A stretch of DNA of 64,000 bases from Eledone cirrhosa (lineage: Eukaryota), in assembly GCA_964016885.1 (NCBI GenBank), contig OZ024762.1:29512001-29576000 (forward strand), written 5' to 3'. The position numbers and the translations under genes are program-made. Below are positions 49,951 to 60,890 of this stretch, piece by piece (position 1 is the stretch's first letter; each line of letters begins with the position of its first letter). The notes beneath the pieces are model-generated. The model saw nothing but the letters and a program-made list of their open reading frames with translations, did not search any database and was not told where the DNA came from.

Positions 49951-52900
49951 GAGGGTCAGATGTCAGGTTAGGGTGGTGGGTTGGCAGTAAGGGTAGAGGG
50001 TCAGATGTCATGTTAGGGTGGTGGGTTGGCAGTATTGGTAGAGGGTCAGATGTCAGGTTAGGGTGGTGGGTTGGCAGTAAGGGTAGAGGGTCAGATGTCA
50101 GGTTAGGGTGGTGGGTTGCCAGTATTGGTAGAGGGTCAGATGTCAGGTTAGGGTGGTGGGTTGGCAGTAAGGGTAGAGGGTCAGATGTCAGGTTAGGGTG
50201 GTGGGTTGGCAGTAAGGGTAGAGGGTCAGATGTCAGGTTAGGGTGGTGGGTTGGCAGTATTGGTAGAGGGTCAGATGTCAGGTTAGGGTGGTGGGTTGGC
50301 AGTATTGGTAGAGGGTCAGATGTCAGGTTAGGGTGGTGGGTTGGCAGTATTGGTAGAGGGTCAGATGTCAGGTTAGGGTGGTGGGTTGGCAGTAAGGGTA
50401 GAGGGTCAGACACCATGTTAGGGTGGTGGGTTGGCGGTAAGGGTAGAGGGTCAGACACCATGTTAGGGTGATGGGTTGGCAGTAAGGGTAGAGGGTCAGA
50501 TGCCATGTTAGGGTGGTGGGTTGGCAGTAAGGGTAGAGGGTCAGATGCCATGTTAGGGTGGTGGGTTGGCAGTAAGGGTAGAGGGTCAGATGTCATGTTA
50601 GGGTGGTGGTTTGGCAGTAAGGGTAGAGGGTCAGATGTCAGGTTAGGGTGGTGGGTTGTCAGTAAGGGTAGAGGGTCAGATGTCAGGTTAGGGTGGTGGG
50701 TTGGCAGTAAGGGTAGAGGGTCAGATGTCAGGTTAGGGTGGTGGGTTGTCAGTAAGGGTAGAGGGTCAGATGTCAGGTTAGGGTGGTGGGTTGTCAGTAA
50801 GGGTAGAGGGTCAGATGTCAGGTTAGGGTGGTGGGTTGGCAGTAAGGGTAGAGGGTCAGATGTCAGGTTAGGGTGGTGGGTTGGCAGTAAGGGTAGAGGG
50901 TCAGATGTCATGTTAGGGTGGTGGGTTGGCATTAAGGGTAGAGGGTCAGATGTCATGTTAGGGTGGTGGGTTGGCAGTAAGGGTAGAGGGTCAGACACCA
51001 TGTTAGGGTGGTGGGTTGGCAGTAAGGGTAGAGGGTCAGATGTCATGTTAGGGTGGTGGGTTGGCAGTAAGGGTAGAGGCTCAGATGTCAGGTTAGGGTG
51101 GTGGGTTGTCAGTAAGGGTAGAGGGTCAGACACCATGTTAGGGTGGTGGGTTGGCAGTAAGGGTAGAGGGTCAGATGTCATGTTAGGGTGGTGGGTTGTC
51201 AGTAAGGGTAGAGGGTCAGGTGTCAGGTTAGGGTGGTGGGTTGGCAGTAAGGGTAGAGGGTCAGATGTCAGGTTAGGGTGGTGGGTTGTCAGTAAGCCTA
51301 GAGGGTCAGATGTCAGGTTAGGGTGGTGGGTTGTCAGTAAGGGTAGAGGGTCAGATGTCAGGTTAGGGTGGTGGGTTGGCAGTAAGGGTAGAGTGTCAGA
51401 TGTCAGGTTAGGGTGGTGGGTTGGCAGTAAGGGTAGAGGGTCAGATGACATGTTAGGGTGGTGGGTTGTCAGTAAGGGTAGAGGGTCAGATGTCAGGTTA
51501 GGGTGGTGGGTTGGCAGTAAGGGTAGAGGGTCAGATGTCAGGTTAGGGTGGTGGGTTGGCAGAAAGGGTAGAGGGTCAGATGTCATGTTAGGGTGGTGGG
51601 TTGGCAGTAAGGGTAGAGGGTCAGATGTCATGTTAGGGTGGTGGGTTGGCAGTAAGGGTAGAGGGTCAGACACCATGTTAGGGTGGTGGGTTGGCAGTAA
51701 GGGTAGAGGGTCAGATGTCATGTTAGGGTGGTGGGTTGGCAGTAAGGGTAGAGGGTCAGATGTCAGGTTAGGGTGGTGGGTTGGCAGTAAGGGTAGAGGG
51801 TCAGATGTCAGGTTAGGGTGGTGGGTTGGCAGTATTGGTAGAGGGTCAGATGTCAGGTTAGGGTGGTGGGTTGGCAGTATTGGTAGAGGGTCAGATGCCA
51901 TGTTAGGGTGGTGGGTTGGCAGTATTGGTAGAGGGTCAGATGTCAGGTTAGGGTGGTGGATTGGCAGTATTGGTAGAGGGTCAGATGTCAGGTTAGGGTG
52001 GTGGGTTGGCAGTATTGGTAGAGGGTCAGATGTCAGGTTAGGGTGGTGGGTTGGCAGTATTGGTAGAGGGTCAGATGTCAGGTTAGGGTGGTGGGTTGGT
52101 AGTAAGGGTAGAGGGTCAGATGTCATGTTAGGGTGGTGGGTTGGCAGTATTGGTAGAGGGTCAGATGTCATGCTAGGGTGGTGGGTTGGCAGTAAGGGTA
52201 GAGGGTCAGATGTCAGGTTAGGGTGGTGGGTTGGCAGTATTGGTAGAGGGTCAGATGTCAGGTTAGGGTGTTGGGTTGGTAGTAAGGGTAGAGGGTCAGA
52301 TGTCAGGTTAGGGTGGTGGGTTGGCAGTATTGGTAGAGGGTCAGATGTCATGTTAGGGTGGTGGGTTGGCAGTATTGGTAGAGGGTCAGATGTCAGGTTA
52401 GGGTGGTGGGTTGGCAGTAAGGGTAGAGGATCAGATGTCAGCTTAGGGTGGTGGGTTGGCAGTATTGGTAGAGGGTCAGATGTCAGGTTAGGGTGGTGGG
52501 TTGGCAGTATTGGTAGAGGGTCAGATGTCAGGTTAGGGTGGTGGGTTGGCAGTAAGGGTAGAGGGTCAGATGTCAGGTTAGGGTGGTGGGTTGGCAGTAT
52601 TGGTAGAGGGTCAGATGTCAGGTTAGGGTGGTGGGTTGGCAGTATTGGTAGAGGGTCAGATGCCATGTTAGGGTGGTGGGTTGGCAGTAAGGGTAGAGGG
52701 TCAGATGTCATGTTAGGGGGGTAGATTGGCAGTATTGGTAGAGGGTCAGATGTCAGGTTAGGGTGGTGGGTTGGCAGTATTGGTAGAGGGTCAGATGTCA
52801 GGTTAGGGTGGTGGGTTGGCAGTAAGCGTAGAGGGTCAGATGTCAGGTTAGGGTGGTGGGTTGGCAGTAAGCGTAGAGGGTCAGATGTCAGGTTAGGGTG

Positions 52901-54799
52901 GTGGGTTGCCAGTATTGGTAGAGGGTCAGATGTCAGGTTAGGGTGGTGGGTTGGCAGTAAGGGTAGAGGGTCAGATGTCAGGTTAGGGTGGTGGGTTGGC
53001 AGTAAGGGTAGAGGGTCAGATGTCAGGTTAGGGTGGTGGGTTGGCAGTATTGGTAGAGGATCAGATGTCATGTTAGGGTGGTGGGTTGGCAGTATTGGTA
53101 GAGGGTCAGATGTCAGGTTAGGGTGGTGGGTTGGCAGTAAGCGTAGAGGGTCAGATGTCAGGTTAGGGTGGTGGGTTGCCAGTATTGGTAGAGGGTCAGA
53201 TGTCAGGTTAGGGTGGTGGGTTGGCAGTAAGGGTAGAGGGTCGGATGTCAGGTTAGGGTGGTGGGTTGGCAGTAAGGGTAGAGGGTCAGATGTCAGGTTA
53301 GGGTGGTGGGTTGGCAGTATTGGTAGAGGGTCAGATGTCATGTTAGGGTGGTGGGTTGGCAGTATTGGTAGAGGGTCAGATGTCAGGTTAGGGTGGTGGG
53401 TTGGCAGTATTGGTAGAGGGTCAGATGTCAGGTTAGGGTGGTGGGTTGGCAGTAAGGGTAGAGGGTCAGACACCATGTTAGGGTGGTGGGTTGGCGGTAA
53501 GGGTAGAGCGTCAGACACCATGTTAGGGTGATGGGTTGGCAGTAAGGGTAGAGGGTCAGATGCCATGTTAGGGTGGTGGGTTGGCAGTAAGGGTAGAGGG
53601 TCAGATGCCATGTTAGGGTGGTGGGTTGGCAGTAAGGGTAGAGGGTCAGATGTCATGTTAGGGTGGTGGTTTGGCAGTAAGGGTAGAGGGTCAGATGTCA
53701 GGTTAGGGTGGTGGGTTGGCAGTAAGGGTAGAGGGTCAGATGTCAGGTTAGGGTGGTGGGTTGTCAGTAAGGGTAGAGGGTCAGATGTCAGGTTAGGGTG
53801 GTGGGTTGTCAGTAAGGGTAGAGGGTCAGATGTCAGGTTAGGGTGGTGGGTTGGCAGTAAGGGTAGAGGGTCAGATGTCAGGTTAGGGTGGTGGGTTGGC
53901 AGTAAGGGTAGAGGGTCAGATGTCATGTTAGGGTGGTGGGTTGGCAGTAAGGGTAGAGGGTCAGATGTCATGTTAGGGTGGTGGGTTGGCAGTAAGGGTA
54001 GAGGGTCAGACACCATGTTAGGGTGGTGGGTTGGCAGTAAGGGTAGAGGGTCAGATGTCATGTTAGGGTGGTGGGTTGGCAGTAAGGGTAGAGGGTCAGA
54101 TGTCAGGTTAGGGTGGTGGGTTGTCAGTAAGGGTAGAGGGTCAGATGTCAGGTTAGGGTGGTGGGTTGGCAGTAAGGGTAGAGGGTCAGATGTCAGGTTA
54201 GGGTGGTGGGTTGTCACTAAGGGTAGAGGGTCAGATGTCATGTTAGGGTGGTGGGTTGTCAGTAAGGGTAGAGGCTCAGATGTCAGGTTAGGGTGGTGGG
54301 TTGTCAGTAAGGGTAGAGGGTCAGACACCATGTTAGGGTGGTGGGTTGGCAGTAAGGGTAGAGGGTCAGATGTCATGTTAGGGTGGTGGGTTGTCAGTAA
54401 GGGTAGAGGGTCAGGTGTCAGGTTAGGGTGGTGGGTTGGCAGTAAGGGTAGAGGGTCAGATGTCAGGTTAGGGTGGTGGGTTGTCAGTAAGGGTAGAGGG
54501 TCAGATGTCAGGTTAGGGTGGTGGGTTGTCAGTAAGGGTAGAGGGTCAGATGTCAGGTTAGGGTGGTGGGTTGGCAGTAAGGGTAGAGTGTCAGATGTCA
54601 GGTTAGGGTGGTGGGTTGGCAGTAAGGGTAGAGGGTCAGATGTCATGTTAGGGTGGTGGGTTGTCAGTAAGGGTAGAGGGTCAGATGTCAGGTTAGGGTG
54701 GTGGGTTGGCAGTAAGGGTAGAGGGTCAGATGTCAGGTTAGGGTGGTGGGTTGGCAGTAAGGGTAGAGGGTCAGATGTCATGTTAGGGTGGTGGGTTGG

Positions 54800-57700
54800 C
54801 AGTAAGGGTAGAGGGTCAGATGTCATGTTAGGGTGGTGGGTTGGCAGTAAGGGTAGAGGGTCAGACACCATGTTAGGGTGGTGGGTTGGCAGTAAGGGTA
54901 GAGGGTCAGATGTCATGTTAGGGTGGTGGGTTGGCAGTAAGGGTAGAGGGTCAGATGTCAGGTTAGGGTGGTGGGTTGGCAGTAAGGGTAGAGGGTCAGA
55001 TGTCAGGTTAGGGTGGTGGGTTGGCAGTATTGGTAGAGGGTCAGATGTCAGGTTAGGATGGTGGGTTGGCAGTATTGGTAGAGGGTCAGATGCCATGTTA
55101 GGGTGGTGGGTTGGCAGTATTGGTAGAGGGTCAGATGTCAGGTTAGGGTGGTGGATTGGCAGTATTGGTAGAGGGTCAGATGTCAGGTTAGGGTGGTGGG
55201 TTGGCAGTATTGGTAGAGGGTCAGATGTCAGGTTAGGGTGGTGGGTTGGCAGTATTGGTAGAGGGTCAGATGTCAGGTTAGGGTGGTGGGTTGGCAGTAT
55301 TGGTAGAGGGTCAGATGTCATGTTAGGGTGGTGGGTTGGCAGTATTGGTAGAGGGTCAGATGTCAGGTTAGGGTGGTGGGTTGGCAGTAAGGGTAGAAGA
55401 TCAGATGTCAGCTTAGGGTGGTGGGTTGGCAGTATTGGTAGAGGGTCAGATGTCAGGTTAGGGTGGTGGGTTGGCAGTATTGGTAGAGGGTCAGATGTCA
55501 GGTTAGGGTGGTGGGTTGGCAGTAAGGGTAGAGGGTCAGATGTCAGGTTAGGGTGGTGGGTTGGCAGTATTGGTAGAGGGTCAGATGTCAGGTTAGGGTG
55601 GTGGGTTGGCAGTATTGGTAGAGGGTCAGATGCCATGTTAGGGTGGTGGGTTGGCAGTAAGTGTAGAGGGTCAGATGTCATGTTAGGGGGGTAGATTGGC
55701 AGTATTGGTAGAGGGTCAGATGTCAGGTTAGGGTGGTGGGTTGGCAGTATTGGTAGAGGGTCAGATGTCAGGTTAGGGTGGTGGGTTGGCAGTAAGCGTA
55801 GAGGGTCAGATGTCAGGTTAGGGTGGTGGGTTGGCAGTAAGCGTAGAGGGTCAGATGTCAGGTTAGGGTGGTGGGTTGCCAGTATTGGTAGAGGGTCAGA
55901 TGTCAGGTTAGGGTGGTGGGTTGGCAGTAAGGGTAGAGGGTCAGATGTCAGGTTAGGGTGGTGGGTTGGCAGTAAGGGTAGAGGGTCAGATGTCAGGTTA
56001 GGGTGGTGGGTTGGCAGTATTGGTAGAGGATCAGATGTCATGTTAGGGTGGTGGGTTGGCAGTATTGGTAGAGGGTCAGATGTCAGGTTAGGGTGGTGGG
56101 TTGGCAGTAAGCGTAGAGGGTCAGATGTCAGGTTAGGGTGGTGGGTTGCCAGTATTGGTAGAGGGTCAGATGTCAGGTTAGGGTGGTGGGTTGGCAGTAA
56201 GGGTAGAGGGTCAGATGTCAGGTTAGGGTGGTGGGTTGGCAGTAAGGGTAGAGGGTCAGATGTCAGGTTAGGGTGGTGGGTTGGCAGTATTGGTAGAGGG
56301 TCAGATGTCAGGTTAGGGTGGTGGGATGGCATTATTGGTAGAGGGTCAGATGTCAGGTTAGGGTGGTGGGTTGGCAGTATTGGTAGAGGGTCAGATGTCA
56401 GGTTAGGGTGGTGGGTTGGCAGTAAGGGTAGAGGGTCAGACACCATGTTAGGATGGTGGGTTGGCGGTAAGGGTAGAGGGTCAGACACCATGTTAGGGTG
56501 ATGGGTTGGCAGTAAGGGTAGAGGGTCAGATGCCATGTTAGGGTGGTGGGTTGGCAGTAAGGGTAGAGGGTCAGATGCCATGTTAGGGTGGTGGGTTGGC
56601 AGTAAGGGTAGAGGGTCAGATGTCATGTTAGGGTGGTGGTTTGGCAGTAAGGGTAGAGGGTCAGATGTCAGGTTAGGGTGGTGGGTTGTCAGTAAGGGTA
56701 GAGGGTCAGATGTCAGGTTAGGGTGGTGGGTTGGCAGTAAGGGTAGAGGGTCAGATGTCAGGTTAGGGTGGTGGGTTGTCAGTAAGGGTAGAGGGTCAGA
56801 TGTCAGGTTAGGGTGGTGGGTTGTCAGTAAGGGTAGAGGGTCAGATGTCAGGTTAGGGTGGTGGGTTGGCAGTAAGGATAGAGGGTCAGATGTCAGGTTA
56901 GGGTGGTGGGTTGGCAGTAAGGGTAGAGGGTCAGATGTCATGTTAGGGTGGTGGGTTGGCAGTAAGGGTAGAGGGTCAGATGTCATGTTAGGGTGGTGGG
57001 TTGGCAGTAAGGGTAGAGGGTCAGACACCATGTTAGGGTGGTGGGTTGGCAGTAAGGGTAGAGTGTCAGATGTCATGTTAGGGTGGTGGGTTGGCAGTAA
57101 GGGTAGAGGGTCAGATGTCAGGTTAGGGTGGTGGGTTGTCAGTAAGGGTAGAGGGTCAGATGTCAGGTTAGGGTGGTGGGTTGGCAGTAAGGGTAGAGGG
57201 TCAGATGTCAGGTTAGGGTGGTGGGTTGTCACTAAGGGTAGAGGGTCAGATGTCATGTTAGGGTGGTGGGTTGTCAGTAAGGGTAGAGGGTCAGATGTCA
57301 GGTTAGGGTGGTGGGTTGCCAGTAAGGGTAGAGGGTCAGATGTCAGGTTAGGGTGGTGGGTTGGCAGTAAGCGTAGAGGGTCAGATGTCAGGTTAGGGTG
57401 GTGGGTTGGCAGTAAGCGTAGAGGGTCAGATGTCAGGTTAGGGTGGTGGGTTGCCAGTATTGGTAGAGGGTCAGATGTCAGGTTAGGGTGGTGGGTTGGC
57501 AGTAAGGGTAGAGGGTCAGATGTCAGGTTAGGGTGGTGGGTTGGCAGTAAGGGTAGAGGGTCAGATGTCAGGTTAGGGTGGTGGGTTGGCAGTATTGGTA
57601 GAGGATCAGATGTCATGTTAGGGTGGTGGGTTGGCAGTATTGGTAGAGGGTCAGATGTCAGGTTAGGGTGGTGGGTTGGCAGTAAGCGTAGAGGGTCAGA

Positions 57701-60700
57701 TGTCAGGTTAGGGTGGTGGGTTGCCAGTATTGGTAGAGGGTCAGATGTCAGGTTAGGGTGGTGGGTTGGCAGTAAGGGTAGAGGGTCGGATGTCAGGTTA
57801 GGGTGGTGGGTTGGCAGTAAGGGTAGAGGGTCAGATGTCATGTTAGGGTGGTGGGTTGGCAGTAAGGGTAGAGGGTCAGACACCATGTTAGGGTGGTGGG
57901 TTGGCAGTAAGGGTAGAGGGTCAGATGTCATGTTAGGGTGGTGGGTTGGCAGTAAGGGTAGAGGGTCAGATGTCAGGTTAGGGTGGTGGGTTGGCAGTAA
58001 GGGTAGAGGGTCAGATGTCAGGTTAGGGTGGTGGGTTGGCAGTATTGGTAGAGGGTCAGATGTCAGGTTAGGATGGTGGGTTGGCAGTATTGGTAGAGGG
58101 TCAGATGCCATGTTAGGGTGGTGGGTTGGCAGTATTGGTAGAGGGTCAGATGTCAGGTTAGGGTGGTGGATTGGCAGTATTGGTAGAGGGTCAGATGTCA
58201 GGTTAGGGTGGTGGGTTGGCAGTATTGGTAGAGGGTCAGATGTCAGGTTAGGGTGGTGGGTTGGCAGTATTGGTAGAGGGTCAGATGTCAGGTTAGGGTG
58301 GTGGGTTGGCAGTATTGGTAGAGGGTCAGATGTCATGTTAGGGTGGTGGGTTGGCAGTATTGGTAGAGGGTCAGATGTCAGGTTAGGGTGGTGGGTTGGC
58401 AGTAAGGGTAGAAGATCAGATGTCAGCTTAGGGTGGTGGGTTGGCAGTATTGGTAGAGGGTCAGATGTCAGGTTAGGGTGGTGGGTTGGCAGTATTGGTA
58501 GAGGGTCAGATGTCAGGTTAGGGTGGTGGGTTGGCAGTAAGGGTAGAGGGTCAGATGTCAGGTTAGGGTGGTGGGTTGGCAGTATTGGTAGAGGGTCAGA
58601 TGTCAGGTTAGGGTGGTGGGTTGGCAGTATTGGTAGAGGGTCAGATGCCATGTTAGGGTGGTGGGTTGGCAGTAAGTGTAGAGGGTCAGATGTCATGTTA
58701 GGGGGGTAGATTGGCAGTATTGGTAGAGGGTCAGATGTCAGGTTAGGGTGGTGGGTTGGCAGTATTGGTAGAGGGTCAGATGTCAGGTTAGGGTGGTGGG
58801 TTGGCAGTAAGCGTAGAGGGTCAGATGTCAGGTTAGGGTGGTGGGTTGGCAGTAAGCGTAGAGGGTCAGATGTCAGGTTAGGGTGGTGGGTTGCCAGTAT
58901 TGGTAGAGGGTCAGATGTCAGGTTAGGGTGGTGGGTTGGCAGTAAGGGTAGAGGGTCAGATGTCAGGTTAGGGTGGTGGGTTGGCAGTAAGGGTAGAGGG
59001 TCAGATGTCAGGTTAGGGTGGTGGGTTGGCAGTATTGGTAGAGGATCAGATGTCATGTTAGGGTGGTGGGTTGGCAGTATTGGTAGAGGGTCAGATGTCA
59101 GGTTAGGGTGGTGGGTTGGCAGTAAGCGTAGAGGGTCAGATGTCAGGTTAGGGTGGTGGGTTGCCAGTATTGGTAGAGGGTCAGATGTCAGGTTAGGGTG
59201 GTGGGTTGGCAGTAAGGGTAGAGGGTCAGATGTCAGGTTAGGGTGGTGGGTTGGCAGTAAGGGTAGAGGGTCAGATGTCAGGTTAGGGTGGTGGGTTGGC
59301 AGTATTGGTAGAGGGTCAGATGTCAGGTTAGGGTGGTGGGATGGCATTATTGGTAGAGGGTCAGATGTCAGGTTAGGGTGGTGGGTTGGCAGTATTGGTA
59401 GAGGGTCAGATGTCAGGTTAGGGTGGTGGGTTGGCAGTAAGGGTAGAGGGTCAGACACCATGTTAGGATGGTGGGTTGGCGGTAAGGGTAGAGGGTCAGA
59501 CACCATGTTAGGGTGATGGGTTGGCAGTAAGGGTAGAGGGTCAGATGCCATGTTAGGGTGGTGGGTTGGCAGTAAGGGTAGAGGGTCAGATGCCATGTTA
59601 GGGTGGTGGGTTGGCAGTAAGGGTAGAGGGTCAGATGTCATGTTAGGGTGGTGGTTTGGCAGTAAGGGTAGAGGGTCAGATGTCAGGTTAGGGTGGTGGG
59701 TTGTCAGTAAGGGTAGAGGGTCAGATGTCAGGTTAGGGTGGTGGGTTGGCAGTAAGGGTAGAGGGTCAGATGTCAGGTTAGGGTGGTGGGTTGTCAGTAA
59801 GGGTAGAGGGTCAGATGTCAGGTTAGGGTGGTGGGTTGTCAGTAAGGGTAGAGGGTCAGATGTCAGGTTAGGGTGGTGGGTTGGCAGTAAGGATAGAGGG
59901 TCAGATGTCAGGTTAGGGTGGTGGGTTGGCAGTAAGGGTAGAGGGTCAGATGTCATGTTAGGGTGGTGGGTTGGCAGTAAGGGTAGAGGGTCAGATGTCA
60001 TGTTAGGGTGGTGGGTTGGCAGTAAGGGTAGAGGGTCAGACACCATGTTAGGGTGGTGGGTTGGCAGTAAGGGTAGAGTGTCAGATGTCATGTTAGGGTG
60101 GTGGGTTGGCAGTAAGGGTAGAGGGTCAGATGTCAGGTTAGGGTGGTGGGTTGTCAGTAAGGGTAGAGGGTCAGATGTCAGGTTAGGGTGGTGGGTTGGC
60201 AGTAAGGGTAGAGGGTCAGATGTCAGGTTAGGGTGGTGGGTTGTCACTAAGGGTAGAGGGTCAGATGTCATGTTAGGGTGGTGGGTTGTCAGTAAGGGTA
60301 GAGGGTCAGATGTCAGGTTAGGGTGGTGGGTTGCCAGTAAGGGTAGAGGGTCAGATGTCAGGTTAGGGTGGTGGGTTGGCAGTAAGCGTAGAGGGTCAGA
60401 TGTCAGGTTAGGGTGGTGGGTTGGCAGTAAGCGTAGAGGGTCAGATGTCAGGTTAGGGTGGTGGGTTGCCAGTATTGGTAGAGGGTCAGATGTCAGGTTA
60501 GGGTGGTGGGTTGGCAGTAAGGGTAGAGGGTCAGATGTCAGGTTAGGGTGGTGGGTTGGCAGTAAGGGTAGAGGGTCAGATGTCAGGTTAGGGTGGTGGG
60601 TTGGCAGTATTGGTAGAGGATCAGATGTCATGTTAGGGTGGTGGGTTGGCAGTATTGGTAGAGGGTCAGATGTCAGGTTAGGGTGGTGGGTTGGCAGTAA

Positions 60701-60890
60701 GCGTAGAGGGTCAGATGTCAGGTTAGGGTGGTGGGTTGCCAGTATTGGTAGAGGGTCAGATGTCAGGTTAGGGTGGTGGGTTGGCAGTAAGGGTAGAGGG
60801 TCGGATGTCAGGTTAGGGTGGTGGGTTGGCAGTAAGGGTAGAGGGTCAGATGTCATGTTAGGGTGGTGGGTTGGCAGTAAGGGTAGAGGG
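54800..60890 (+). repeat. Tandem duplication of a 67-monomer unit (3,015 bp)
   Basis: Rare variants recur 3015 bp apart: GGGATGGCATT (about 56323 and 59338), AAGGATAG (about 56874 and 59889), GGTCGGATG (about 57784 and 60799) and GGGGGTAGATT (about 55686 and 58701). The 153-aa translations at 56040 and 59055 are identical. Boundaries are approximate. Confidence 0.85.
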